Below are positions 40,431-49,799 of a DNA stretch of 64,000 nucleotides, piece by piece. The stretch lies in contig JAZDCY010000013.1 of assembly GCA_036679645.1 (NCBI GenBank), positions 48,419 to 112,418 of the forward strand. The letters are read 5' to 3'. Under the pieces are notes generated by a model that was not told the DNA's origin, did not search any database, and saw nothing but the letters and a program-made list of their open reading frames with translations. Source of the DNA: Gemmatimonadota bacterium (lineage in GTDB: Bacteria; Gemmatimonadota; Gemmatimonadetes; Gemmatimonadales; GWC2-71-9). Position 1 is the stretch's first letter, and the number at the start of each line of letters is the position of its first letter. The translations under genes and the position numbers were made by a program.

Positions 40431-40910
40431 ATGACGTACGCGTCTCTTCGCCGCGCCTCGAGCGTCGTTGCCTTCGTCAGCATCTTCGCGGCTTGCGCCG
40501 CACAAGCACCCGCAGGCCTCACCGACTCCGATCGAGCGGCCATACAAGCTGTGAGCGACGAATTCGAGGAGCATTTTCTAGCCGGCAACTTTGCCGGCGT
40601 CGCGTCGTTGTACACCGAGGACGCGGTACTCCTGCCTCCGAACGCGCCGAGCCAGACGGGCCGCGCGGCAATCGAAGAGTTCATCACCAACTTCCCGCCC
40701 ATGACGCAGTTCGATCTCACGAACGTGACTGTCGAAGGCTCAGGAGATATGGCCTACGTGCACGGAACGCTGCACATGGTCATGACTGGCCCGGACGGGA
40801 GCACCATCGAGGATACGGGCAAGTACATCGAGATCCGACACAAGGTCGGTGACCGCTGGCTACTCGCATACGACATCTTCAACTCGGATCTGCCTTTGCC
40901 GACTCCATAG
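40431..40910 (+). CDS. SnoaL/DUF4440 (NTF2-like) lipoprotein
   Basis: Lipobox FAAC; LYTEDAVLLPP, GRAAI, SGDMAY and GKY..W motifs. Confidence 0.88.
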   Translation: MTYASLRRASSVVAFVSIFAACAAQAPAGLTDSDRAAIQAVSDEFEEHFLAGNFAGVASLYTEDAVLLPPNAPSQTGRAAIEEFITNFPPMTQFDLTNVTVEGSGDMAYVHGTLHMVMTGPDGSTIEDTGKYIEIRHKVGDRWLLAYDIFNSDLPLPTP

Positions 40911-40999
40911 CCGTCCGGGCGGTAGGACGTTGTCGTGCGCGGGATGTTATCATTTGAAACCCGTTACGCGCCCGCCACGTCGAGGTGTAGGGAGACACC

Positions 41000-41713
41000 A
41001 TGAAGCACTACGATAGGCTCACGATCCTGAGGAATCGCCATCGCGTGCGCGATCTCCGCGTATTCCGCGAGCTGGTCGTGGCCTACTACGAGCGATCGGA
41101 GTACGACGCGGACGACCTCCAGATGGACTGGGAGGGTGCGCAGGCTGCCCGCGCGCAGATCAACCGCATGCTCCCGCGGATCGCAGACGTGGTTGAGGCG
41201 GCGAGAATCGGGACGGCCGCTGCCACAGGGAATCCTGGCATTGCCGTGGGCAAGCCCGATGCCTTGCAGCACATCTTCACTGACCGGTATGTGAGCACAG
41301 GGGGTCAGGAAGTCCTCGACATCATCGACATGACGATCGGCGTGTATGAGGCCAGCCGGTTCGGTGCACTGGCCCGCACCGTCAACCCGTTGTACTACGT
41401 CGGCACGCTACTCGGGTTCGTCTTCGGTCTCCCCAAGCAGTTCTTCAATGCGCTCGGATTCGGACGTCCGTCCCATCTTCCGCGCATACAGGCGGAAGAC
41501 GTCAAACGGCTAGAAGCGGCGGCGGCGCGCTTGGCTGAGACCGAAGACTTGATCGAGATGCGGTTTTCGGAGTTACGCGAGCGGCAGGCGCGGCAGGTAG
41601 CGGAGCACGCCCAGCAACTGACGGAGCTGGCCGAGCGTCTCGATTTTGCGGAACGCGTGTTAACGCAACAGCGAGCGCTCCCCAACCCGCCCGACGCCAC
41701 CACTCCCGTCTAA
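41000..41713 (+). CDS. Hypothetical membrane protein with C-terminal coiled coil
   Basis: GGGAGA RBS; one TM segment; ELAERLDFAERVL tail. Confidence 0.7.
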   Translation: MKHYDRLTILRNRHRVRDLRVFRELVVAYYERSEYDADDLQMDWEGAQAARAQINRMLPRIADVVEAARIGTAAATGNPGIAVGKPDALQHIFTDRYVSTGGQEVLDIIDMTIGVYEASRFGALARTVNPLYYVGTLLGFVFGLPKQFFNALGFGRPSHLPRIQAEDVKRLEAAAARLAETEDLIEMRFSELRERQARQVAEHAQQLTELAERLDFAERVLTQQRALPNPPDATTPV

Positions 41714-41719
41714 CAGGAC

Positions 41720-43060
41720 CTAGTGGGCGCGCACCCTGTCGATCAGCTCGCCGAGTGCCGCGCTGTCGAACCACTGCCCGCCAAGCATCACACCGACCGG
41801 CCTCCGCAGTGTGGCGAGGCCTTCGAGCGGATTGTTCCCCACGAGCACGAGATCCGCGACATACCCTTCTGAAACCTTCCCCAACTCACCTGGTACACCG
41901 AGCATTTCCGCCGCACCTGTCGTCACCGTACGGAGTGCCGACACCGGATCCAGCCCAACGTCCTCCACCAGGAGTTGCAGCTCGTCGTGGATGGAGAAAC
42001 CCGGTATGAGAAGGAGGTTGGGTGTGTCCGTTCCCGCTACGATCGTGACGCCGGCGTCGTACAGCGCGCGCGTGAGCGCCACCTGTGCATCGTAGAAGTT
42101 TCTTCGTCGTGCGAGTCGTTCTTCGCTCGGCGGCTCGCTGCGGAAGGTGTTCCACCAGTCCCTGACACCCTGATCGACGAGCGCCATTTCCGGGCGGGCA
42201 TACAACGAATCGGACCACGATGTGCCACGTGCCATGAGGACCTTCATCCCGAACAGAGTCGATGTGAAGCACGTCTCATGTCCCGCGAACGCCTCGGCGA
42301 TGGCGGTTGCCTCCTCGGCGGTCACCTCCATGGACGCCTGGCGTCCATATGTCGAATAGATGAGCTGGTCGGCGTGGTCGATGCAGTGTTGACCAGCATC
42401 CAGCACGCCGGCGAGCCCCACGTCATCGGGCGTGTGTCCTATGAAGCGAATCCCTATCTCCGTTGCGGCGGCGGCGAGCCCGTCATACGCCGCCAAGCTC
42501 AGGAAATCGTAGACTTTGATGAAGTCGTAGCCGGCCGCGACCTGTTCGCGCACCCGCACGTCCGCCTCTGCCGCAGACGTTGCGACGACGTGCGGCCAGT
42601 GGATCTCGCGCCCCGCGATCATTGGGCCGGTGGTGTAAATCCTGGGCGCCAGCAACTCACCGCGCCGCGCGCGCGCGCGCCACGTGAGCGTCGTGGTGTC
42701 ACCATGCTTGAAGAGCACCGTCGTGACGCCTGCTGTGAGATAGAGCGGGAAGTCGCGCTCCTCGGTGTGGACGTGCAGGTCAATGAGTCCGGGGATCACG
42801 TAGGCGTTGCCGCCGTCGATCACCGCCGCCGGGATGTCAGTCGGCACATCTAGCCCGCTGCCGATCCAATCGATCCGGCCGTCGCGCACGGCGATCGCCC
42901 GATTGGGCTCGACCGTGCCCGTTTCTACCGATACAACCGCAACATTGGTAATAACGGTCTCGACGCCGTCCCATCCGCCGGCAGGCGCACCCCTGCCGCA
43001 GCCGAAGGCGAGAATAGCGATACCGAAGAGCACGCTTCGCGCGACCCGATGACGACTCAT
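41720..43060 (-). CDS. Amidohydrolase family lipoprotein
   Basis: PGLIDLHVH, DFIKVY, GH, DH and AGTD motifs; lipobox AFGC; starts 1 nt after the kinase stop. Confidence 0.88.
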   Translation of the reverse strand: MSRHRVARSVLFGIAILAFGCGRGAPAGGWDGVETVITNVAVVSVETGTVEPNRAIAVRDGRIDWIGSGLDVPTDIPAAVIDGGNAYVIPGLIDLHVHTEERDFPLYLTAGVTTVLFKHGDTTTLTWRARARRGELLAPRIYTTGPMIAGREIHWPHVVATSAAEADVRVREQVAAGYDFIKVYDFLSLAAYDGLAAAATEIGIRFIGHTPDDVGLAGVLDAGQHCIDHADQLIYSTYGRQASMEVTAEEATAIAEAFAGHETCFTSTLFGMKVLMARGTSWSDSLYARPEMALVDQGVRDWWNTFRSEPPSEERLARRRNFYDAQVALTRALYDAGVTIVAGTDTPNLLLIPGFSIHDELQLLVEDVGLDPVSALRTVTTGAAEMLGVPGELGKVSEGYVADLVLVGNNPLEGLATLRRPVGVMLGGQWFDSAALGELIDRVRAH

Positions 43061-43061
43061 C

Positions 43062-45746
43062 CTAGTTCTCCACCTTCGCCTTCAACTCTGCAAAGAAATT
43101 CTCAACCGCGACCAGCTCTTGCCGATCCGTATCGATGATTCGGCGTACCATGATGAAGCGCCGATCGTCCGGGGTGACATCGTACATCTGTCGGTAGATG
43201 AAGCCGACATAGTCTCGCACCGAGAAGAGCACCCGAGGCTCTCCGTAGATGAAGGTCGATCCTTGCGTGATCTCCACGCTGACCAGTTCGTCGCTCCCGC
43301 TGCGGTAGAACAGCTCCCGCCCACTGTGTGCCCATACCGGCTCGGTACCGCCGGCCTCCGATACCTGCCACCGTCCGTCCACGGTGTTCGGAAACGGTCG
43401 GACCCACACCTCCGGTCGCCCGGTCGCGAGGGACACGTACGCCAACCATCGCCCGCCAGGCGAGAGTGCCGGCTGCGTCTCCTGTTCGTACGACACTACC
43501 AATGGGACCGGTACGCTGTCCACGCCGAGATGGACCCCATAGAGGTCGCTGTTACCGCCACCGCCCACCCGATACACCGCCCACCTGCCATCGTCCGAGA
43601 GTTGCCCTTCCAGTATCTGTGGCTCGTGATCGAGGAGTAGGTCGGCCGACCCAGTCCCGTCGGCACGCCTCCAATAGACGTTGTTGTGTCCGTCCCGATC
43701 GGTCGTAAACCCGATCGCCGTCCCGTCGGGCGTCCAGAACGGGCGATTGCCACCTTCAAACGTGAGCTTGGATGTTGGCCCGCCGTCGAGCTGCCTTATC
43801 CAGACTTGCCCGCTATGCGAAAACGCCAATCGGGATCCATCCGGAGAGAGAGCGAGCCCCTGTTCGAGCTGATCGGTCCAATCGGGATCGACTACGCGGA
43901 CGGCCCCGGCGCGCGTCACCCACACCGCTTCGGTGGAATCTCGCAGCCCCGTGCGGTTCATGTACATCAACGTCCCGCTGGTCGATACTACGATGTCGGG
44001 AACCCAGTCGGGTGCCCCGATAGTCGCGAGGAGCATTCCTTCGACGAGGACTGCTGCTTCGCCGGTGAGTGTCCGGGTACCGAGATCGAACCCTTGGGCC
44101 ATCAGGGTGCCTTCCCGGGTCACATAGAGGAGGTGTCCGGACGCAGCGTACCGGGCGTAGATCCCGGGCACCAGCATCGTGTGACGTCCGGTGGACACAT
44201 CGGCGACGGCGATCTGAGAGCTGAACGGGTTGTCCCGGAACTTGACGACGAACAATACGCCCCTGCCCTCCGGTAACGCCTCGGGCCAAACATGGTCCAC
44301 CTCCCCATTGGCCGAGTCCAACGTGGTGAACCACTCCGGCGTGCCCCCGGCCGCGGCCACTCGCACGAGGCTCGACTGGCCCTGGGCGTCGGCATAGATG
44401 AACCCATCCGTTCCCCATGACGCGCCCGCGACGCCCACGAGCGAGTCGGTGAGTCTGACGGCTTCGCCACCGCCGACCGAAGCGATTCGGATCGCGCCCC
44501 GTGGGCTGAAGAAACCCACCTGGTTGCCGTCCGGTGAGAAGAACGGTGCCTCCGCTCCCTCGGTACCTGCCATCGGTGTGCCATGCAGTTGATCCCGTGA
44601 CCGCATCCACAACTGACGCCCGCCGTCATCGTGCACGCCCAAGTACACCAGTCGCGAGCCATCGGGGGACAGCGCCAGCCGCGTGAACCAGCCGGCGATC
44701 TCTTCTCCCTTGGGAAACGCCATGGCGTACCGCAAGACCTGTGAAGTCGGCTCGACACGAGGACGCAGCCAGCCCCAGGCGGCGAGTGCGAGCGCGAGCA
44801 CGACGGTAGCGGCAAGTGCGGGTGGGAGGGCGGAACGGCGGAATGGCGGAAGGGCGGAAGGACTCGTGCCTGCGGCGCCGATGGTCGCGGCAAAGGCGGG
44901 ATCACCCAGCGCCTCGGCGAATTCCTTGGCGCTTGCGAACCGATCGGCGGCGAGCTTTTCCAGCGACTGCGCAACCGCCGCCGCCACGTTGGGTGGCACG
45001 GACTTCCGCAGCTTGGTAACGGGCTGGGCATCTTCCGTCACGATCTTCATGATGATCTGCTGCGCCGAGTTCCCCATGTGCGGCGGTTCGCCCGTCAGCA
45101 TCTCGTAGAGTACGCTGCCGAGTGAGTAGATGTCCGACCGGTTGGTGAGATCCTTCTCTGCCGTGGCCTGCTCGGGCGACATGTAGTGTGGCGTGCCCAG
45201 CGAGAGTCCGGTCTCGGTCATGCGACCCCCCGCCGCCGCACTCACAGCCAGCGCGATACCGAAGTCAGCTACCATGGGCCGGCCATCGTGCAACAGAATG
45301 TTCTCTGGCTTGATGTCGCGATGGATGACGCTGTTGCGGTGGGCGTAGTCGAGCGCGTCAGCGACGTCGGTCGTGATCCGTACCGCTTCGTCTATGCTGA
45401 GCTGCGTCTCGCGATCCAGCTTTTCGCGCAGCGTCTCGCCGTCGACATACGGCATTACGTAATAGAGGAACTCCGTCTCGCCATCCCGCCTTCCCGCCGT
45501 CCCACTGTCGAACAACGGCAGGATGTGCGGGTGCTGGAGACTTGCCGTGGTCGTGATTTCCTGCACGAAGCGTTCGGCGCCGAGCACAGCAGCGAGTTCC
45601 GGTCGCAGCACTTTGACCGCGACCTTACGTTTGTGTTTCAGGTCCTCGGCGAGATAGACCGTGGCCATACCGCCTTCGCCGAGGAGGCGCTCGATCTGGT
45701 AGCGATCGGCGAGGGCGGTGGAGAGCTTGGCGGTGACATCAGACAT
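43062..45746 (-). CDS. Receptor-like Ser/Thr protein kinase (Hanks type) with TM helix and TolB/PD40 propellers (kinase 1)
   Basis: GEGGMA, VAVK, HRDIKPEN, DFG, SPE; TM segment; many SPDG repeats. Confidence 0.93.
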   Translation of the reverse strand: MSDVTAKLSTALADRYQIERLLGEGGMATVYLAEDLKHKRKVAVKVLRPELAAVLGAERFVQEITTTASLQHPHILPLFDSGTAGRRDGETEFLYYVMPYVDGETLREKLDRETQLSIDEAVRITTDVADALDYAHRNSVIHRDIKPENILLHDGRPMVADFGIALAVSAAAGGRMTETGLSLGTPHYMSPEQATAEKDLTNRSDIYSLGSVLYEMLTGEPPHMGNSAQQIIMKIVTEDAQPVTKLRKSVPPNVAAAVAQSLEKLAADRFASAKEFAEALGDPAFAATIGAAGTSPSALPPFRRSALPPALAATVVLALALAAWGWLRPRVEPTSQVLRYAMAFPKGEEIAGWFTRLALSPDGSRLVYLGVHDDGGRQLWMRSRDQLHGTPMAGTEGAEAPFFSPDGNQVGFFSPRGAIRIASVGGGEAVRLTDSLVGVAGASWGTDGFIYADAQGQSSLVRVAAAGGTPEWFTTLDSANGEVDHVWPEALPEGRGVLFVVKFRDNPFSSQIAVADVSTGRHTMLVPGIYARYAASGHLLYVTREGTLMAQGFDLGTRTLTGEAAVLVEGMLLATIGAPDWVPDIVVSTSGTLMYMNRTGLRDSTEAVWVTRAGAVRVVDPDWTDQLEQGLALSPDGSRLAFSHSGQVWIRQLDGGPTSKLTFEGGNRPFWTPDGTAIGFTTDRDGHNNVYWRRADGTGSADLLLDHEPQILEGQLSDDGRWAVYRVGGGGNSDLYGVHLGVDSVPVPLVVSYEQETQPALSPGGRWLAYVSLATGRPEVWVRPFPNTVDGRWQVSEAGGTEPVWAHSGRELFYRSGSDELVSVEITQGSTFIYGEPRVLFSVRDYVGFIYRQMYDVTPDDRRFIMVRRIIDTDRQELVAVENFFAELKAKVEN
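44828..44859. repeat. Octamer tandem repeat (NGGCGGAA x4) in the kinase 1 linker
   Basis: gggcggaa cggcggaa tggcggaa gggcggaa. Confidence 0.85.
45473..45504. repeat. Octamer tandem repeat (CCNTCCCG-like x4) inside the kinase 1 N-lobe
   Basis: ccgtctcg ccatcccg ccttcccg ccgtccca; gives DSGTAGRRDGETEFLYY versus DSGEADGFLYY in the paralogs. Confidence 0.8.
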
Positions 45747-45750
45747 TGTT

Positions 45751-45787
45751 GGCAAAGATAGGGTTCGCTGCACGACACGGCGAGAAC
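45751..45787 (-). promoter_or_regulatory. Conserved kinase promoter, copy 1
   Basis: Minus strand gttctcgccgtgtcg...cccTATCTTtgcc, with the hexamer 8 nt before the ATG; recurs five times in the window. Confidence 0.75.
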
Positions 45788-45811
45788 ACTATCTCATCAA
45801 AGAGCGGTCAG

Positions 45812-46432
45812 CTAAGGCGCCCAACGCCGGACCTCCTCCTCGAGTCGAGCTCGGATGCCCGGCCAGCCGACCTTGTGGAGCATCCGCGGCATGGGCTCCT
45901 CCTCGGCATCCTCGAAGTAGACCAGGCTCCGGAGTAAATGGATCGCGTTGAACGAGACATTCGCATAGCGCCGTCGTACAATCTCCATCAATCCCGGGAA
46001 ATCACCGCCGACCTCCAGATAGGCGTACAGATCGACGAAATCCTTGCGGCTTCCCCGCCCGGCAATGGCGATGATCTTCATCGCCGCGATGTCCCGAGGA
46101 TCCGCCAGTCGCAGGCCGCGATACTGAAGAGGCGGATAAAGAAACGGTGTCTCTGAGCAAAGATAGCTCAGGTGAATCCCGTTCAGCCGGACATGCAGCG
46201 TGTTCTCGTTCTGGTATTGGATCTCGAGTGCACCGAGAGGCGTGAGTGATCTCCGCAACTCGCCGACGTCGAACCCGTCATCGTTGAAGAAACCGAGATC
46301 AATGGAGACTCGGTGACCGAGCTGCAGGGCCAATCCGGTTCCCCCCGCGAGAGTCCAGGGCTCGAGGAGTCCCGCCCCGTCGAGCTGGCGCACGAGCTTC
46401 CAGACCTCCTTGGGCAGGACGCGCGGATTCAC
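45812..46432 (-). CDS. AbiEii/AbiGii-family nucleotidyltransferase toxin (second catalytic Asp replaced by Gly)
   Basis: LAGGTGLAL.LGHR.S.DLGFF and MK...RG.RKDF.DLY; GTGA overlap with the antitoxin. Confidence 0.85.
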   Translation of the reverse strand: MNPRVLPKEVWKLVRQLDGAGLLEPWTLAGGTGLALQLGHRVSIDLGFFNDDGFDVGELRRSLTPLGALEIQYQNENTLHVRLNGIHLSYLCSETPFLYPPLQYRGLRLADPRDIAAMKIIAIAGRGSRKDFVDLYAYLEVGGDFPGLMEIVRRRYANVSFNAIHLLRSLVYFEDAEEEPMPRMLHKVGWPGIRARLEEEVRRWAP

Positions 46433-46929
46433 GGACGCGCCCGGGTCGGACCCAGGATCACGTGCCACAGCCGGCGGGTGCGGGCATCCATGGAACGATG
46501 GGCTGCCGCATCACGGACCGCATCGTCGCCGAAATGCATTCGTACCCGTCGCACGGCCAGCCAATCCCCGAATCGCAGAACCCGGCGCAGGACCCATTGC
46601 GGATTCTCGTCCAGATGTTCGGGCTTCAGATCGACGTCCCAGAAGAGGGGCCGCAGCTTCCGGACGAGTTGAGCCGGCGATGCATGGTCAGCGGAGCCGT
46701 CGGGGCGAAGAGGATCTAGGCTGATGTCCAGCCGGGCATCGAGCGCGGCGGCAAGACGGCGCAGCGTGCGCAGCTCGAATCGCCCCCAGCCACTCTCGTA
46801 GCGGTGTATTGCCGAGACACTGCTGCCGATCTTATCAGCCAACTCCTTGAGGGATAGTCCCTTACGCTGGCGCAAACTCCTGAGACGTGGACCCAGCAGG
46901 GGACCGGTGCTCCCTGAAATAGTTCTCAT
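46429..46929 (-). CDS. Xre-HTH plus DUF6922-like antitoxin
   Basis: LRQRKGLSLKELA..IG.S.S.I.RYESG; LFWDVD...VLRRVLRFGDW. Confidence 0.82.
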   Translation of the reverse strand: MRTISGSTGPLLGPRLRSLRQRKGLSLKELADKIGSSVSAIHRYESGWGRFELRTLRRLAAALDARLDISLDPLRPDGSADHASPAQLVRKLRPLFWDVDLKPEHLDENPQWVLRRVLRFGDWLAVRRVRMHFGDDAVRDAAAHRSMDARTRRLWHVILGPTRARP

Positions 46930-46966
46930 ATATGAGAATATATGTTAGGGCGCTCGTCTCAATCAA
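46923..46966 (-). promoter_or_regulatory. Promoter and palindromic operator of the Xre/AbiEii pair
   Basis: Perfect 16-bp palindrome TTCTCATATATGAGAA (46923-46938) over the start codon; TTGATT-N18-TATATT on the minus strand. Confidence 0.7.
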
Positions 46967-46995
46967 GCCACGTTGACGAAAGCCGAGCGGCACTC

Positions 46996-49662
46996 TCACC
47001 GCCCTTTCAACTCCTCGAGCCAATTGAAGACGACGACCAAGCTCGAAGTCGCCTCAGCGGAGCGGATCATGAGGAACCGCTGATCATCCGGTGCGACGTC
47101 GTACGCGTGGTGACTGTTATCAGTCTTGTAGGGAGACGCGTCGAAGAGTACCTCAACGTCACCGAACCGAATCGTCTCATCATCGATCTCGACCGACCGT
47201 GATGCCAGCTCACCGCGCGGCGTGCGGTAGAAGATCTCCTGCCCGCTGTGTGCCCAGCGTGGTTCCGCGCCTCCACTCAACGACACGAGCCATTTGGCGC
47301 GCTCCGTGTCCGGGAACGGGCGCACGTACACCTCTTCCCGGCCCGACTCGTTGGCGACGTAGGCGATCCACCTGCCATCCGGTGCAATGGCCGGCGCGCG
47401 CTCGAAGGCCGGTGATCCCACGAACACTCGGGCGGACGAGTCGATGCCGGGCCGCAAACCCATTATGTCCGGAGAGCCGCCGGCCCCCGAGCTCGATCGA
47501 AACACGAGCCACTGCCCATCAGGCGACCACGTCGCCGAGAGGGGAGGCGGGTCGTGCCGGAGCAGCAGCGTCGGCACACCGCTTCCATCGGCCGGACTGC
47601 TCCACAGCTCCGAACGTTGCTCCAACCCGCCGACAAACACGAGCGATCGCCCGTCCGGCATCCAAGCGGAGCGGAAACTGATCTGGTCACCGAACGTGAT
47701 GCGGATCATTGGACCCCTGTCGAGTTCCTTGACCCAAACGAAGGTGCCTCCTGGATCGTTCACCGTCACCGCGAGACGGGACCCATCCGGCGACAACGCG
47801 GGGTCACCGAAATCCCCAATCCACCCCGAGTCCACCGGAACCGCTTCCCCCGCGCGATCCACCCAGACGACCCGTTCGCTTCCCGCTCCCGCAGACCGAT
47901 GGTAGACCAGCCTGCCGTCATGCGACACCGCGAAGACGCCGACACCGGCGAACAGGTCGGTGTAGACGCCCTCTTCAACGATCACCGGCGACGCAGCGAA
48001 CGCCATGGCGCTCGGATCGAACGGTGCCACGAGCAGCTGCCGTTCCATGGTCGCGTATATCACGTCGCCGTTATCGAGGAACCGGCCGTTCAGACCGTCC
48101 GCCAGCGTATGGACCGCTCCGGTTTCGAGTGACACCACGCCGATCTGCGTCTGCGTGACGGCGGAGTACCAGATCTGGATGAGGACGAACTTCCCGTTCG
48201 GATGCAGATGGGGATACTCGTGAAACGTCTCGCCCCGGCTGGTGTCGGGACTCGACACCACCTCCACCGGCCCGCCTCGCGCCGGCATCCGCACCAGGCG
48301 CCCGCCCATGATGGTGACATAGAGATGTCCATCACGCCCCCAATCCCCACCCCACGGCACGGCCGAGTCGGCCAACACCGTCTGCACCGGACCGCCGGCC
48401 ACAGGCACGACCCTCACGTCACCCGGATCCCCGCTGAAGAACGCAACGAACTCCCCGTCGGGCGAAAAGAACGGTGCCCTCGCCTGCTCGGTTCCTGGGA
48501 TCGGCCGGCCCGCGTGATGACTCAGCTCGCGCACCCATAGCTGGTCTCCCCCCCGTCCCGCTTGATCGGGCCCCACGTATACGATCCTGGATCCGTCCGG
48601 AGAGATGGCCACCGGATGCGTCGTTGCCGAAACCAGCATTTCCCCTTGGGGAAAGACGATCCCGAGCCGGAGCACTTCACTTGGCACCGGCCGGAGCCAG
48701 CCCCACGAGGCCACGACCGCCAGGAGCCCAACTGTCACAGCCAACGCTACGAGGATTGTTCGCCCCGTCGCACGCGCAGGGAAGGGCGCCGCCGCGGCGT
48801 GGGCCACGCTCGCCGCCGTCCCGGCGAACGCTGGATCGACCAGCACCTCAGCAAAGTGCGCGGCTGACGAAAACCGGTCGGCCGGCAGTTTCTCGAGCGA
48901 TGTCGCGACCGCGGCCGCCACGTGAGGCGGCACGGACTTGCGCACATTCGTGACCGGCAGTGCTTCTTCCGTCACGATCTTCATGATGATTTGCTGCGCC
49001 GATGAGCCCACGTGCGGCGGGCTACCGGTCAGCATCTCGTACAGCACGCTGCCCAACGAGTAGATGTCCGACCGATTGGTGAGATCCTTCTCCGCCGTCG
49101 CCTGCTCTGGACTCATGTAGTGCGGCGTGCCCAGCGAGAGTCCGGTTTCCGTCATCCGTCCGCCCGCCGCCGCGCTCACCGCCAGCGCGATACCGAAGTC
49201 CGCGATCATTGGGCGCCCGTCGTGCAGCAGTATGTTCTCGGGCTTGATGTCGCGATGGATCACGCCGTTACGATGTGCGTGGTCGAGCGCGTCGGCGACA
49301 TCCGTCGTGATCTTCACCGCTTCATCGATGCCGAGTTGCGTTTCGCGATCGAGCTTCTGGCGCAACGTCTCGCCCTTGATGTACGGCATGACGTAATAGA
49401 GGAAGCCGTCGGCTTCACCCGAATCGAAGAGCGGGAGGATGTTGGGGTGTTGGAGACTTGCCGTGGTCGTGATTTCCTGCACGAAGCGCTCGGCGCCGAG
49501 CACGGCGGCGAGTTCCGGTCGCAGCACTTTGACCGCGACTTTGCGTTTGTGCTTCAGGTCTTGGGCCAAGTAGACGGTGGCCATACCGCCTTCGCCGAGG
49601 CGGCGTTCGATCTGGTAGCGATCGGCTAGTGCGGTCGAGAGCTTGGCGGTGACGTCAGACAT
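46996..49662 (-). CDS. Receptor-like Ser/Thr protein kinase with TM helix and TolB/PD40 propellers (kinase 2)
   Basis: Kinase domain almost identical to kinase 1; divergent propeller. Confidence 0.93.
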   Translation of the reverse strand: MSDVTAKLSTALADRYQIERRLGEGGMATVYLAQDLKHKRKVAVKVLRPELAAVLGAERFVQEITTTASLQHPNILPLFDSGEADGFLYYVMPYIKGETLRQKLDRETQLGIDEAVKITTDVADALDHAHRNGVIHRDIKPENILLHDGRPMIADFGIALAVSAAAGGRMTETGLSLGTPHYMSPEQATAEKDLTNRSDIYSLGSVLYEMLTGSPPHVGSSAQQIIMKIVTEEALPVTNVRKSVPPHVAAAVATSLEKLPADRFSSAAHFAEVLVDPAFAGTAASVAHAAAAPFPARATGRTILVALAVTVGLLAVVASWGWLRPVPSEVLRLGIVFPQGEMLVSATTHPVAISPDGSRIVYVGPDQAGRGGDQLWVRELSHHAGRPIPGTEQARAPFFSPDGEFVAFFSGDPGDVRVVPVAGGPVQTVLADSAVPWGGDWGRDGHLYVTIMGGRLVRMPARGGPVEVVSSPDTSRGETFHEYPHLHPNGKFVLIQIWYSAVTQTQIGVVSLETGAVHTLADGLNGRFLDNGDVIYATMERQLLVAPFDPSAMAFAASPVIVEEGVYTDLFAGVGVFAVSHDGRLVYHRSAGAGSERVVWVDRAGEAVPVDSGWIGDFGDPALSPDGSRLAVTVNDPGGTFVWVKELDRGPMIRITFGDQISFRSAWMPDGRSLVFVGGLEQRSELWSSPADGSGVPTLLLRHDPPPLSATWSPDGQWLVFRSSSGAGGSPDIMGLRPGIDSSARVFVGSPAFERAPAIAPDGRWIAYVANESGREEVYVRPFPDTERAKWLVSLSGGAEPRWAHSGQEIFYRTPRGELASRSVEIDDETIRFGDVEVLFDASPYKTDNSHHAYDVAPDDQRFLMIRSAEATSSLVVVFNWLEELKGR

Positions 49663-49666
49663 GGTC

Positions 49667-49703
49667 GGCAAAGATAGGGTCCAGCTAGCGACACGGCGAG
49701 AAC
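49667..49703 (-). promoter_or_regulatory. Conserved kinase promoter, copy 2
   Basis: + strand ggcaaagatagggt...cgacacggcgagaac. Confidence 0.75.
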
Positions 49704-49799
49704 GCCCCTGGCCCCTTCACACGAAAAGGAATGGATGACGGCGACGAGCGGCAAGGAGATGTGCAGACAACATGAGCGCCTTCGCCAAGCAGATCGGCA

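Noticed and set aside
45790..45835. SAM-I riboswitch-like start (ctcatcaaagag)
   Set aside because: The remaining conserved elements are absent and it overlaps the toxin's 3' end.
49774..49798. Additional kinase stub (ADLLGEG on the minus strand)
   Set aside because: Too short to distinguish from chance.
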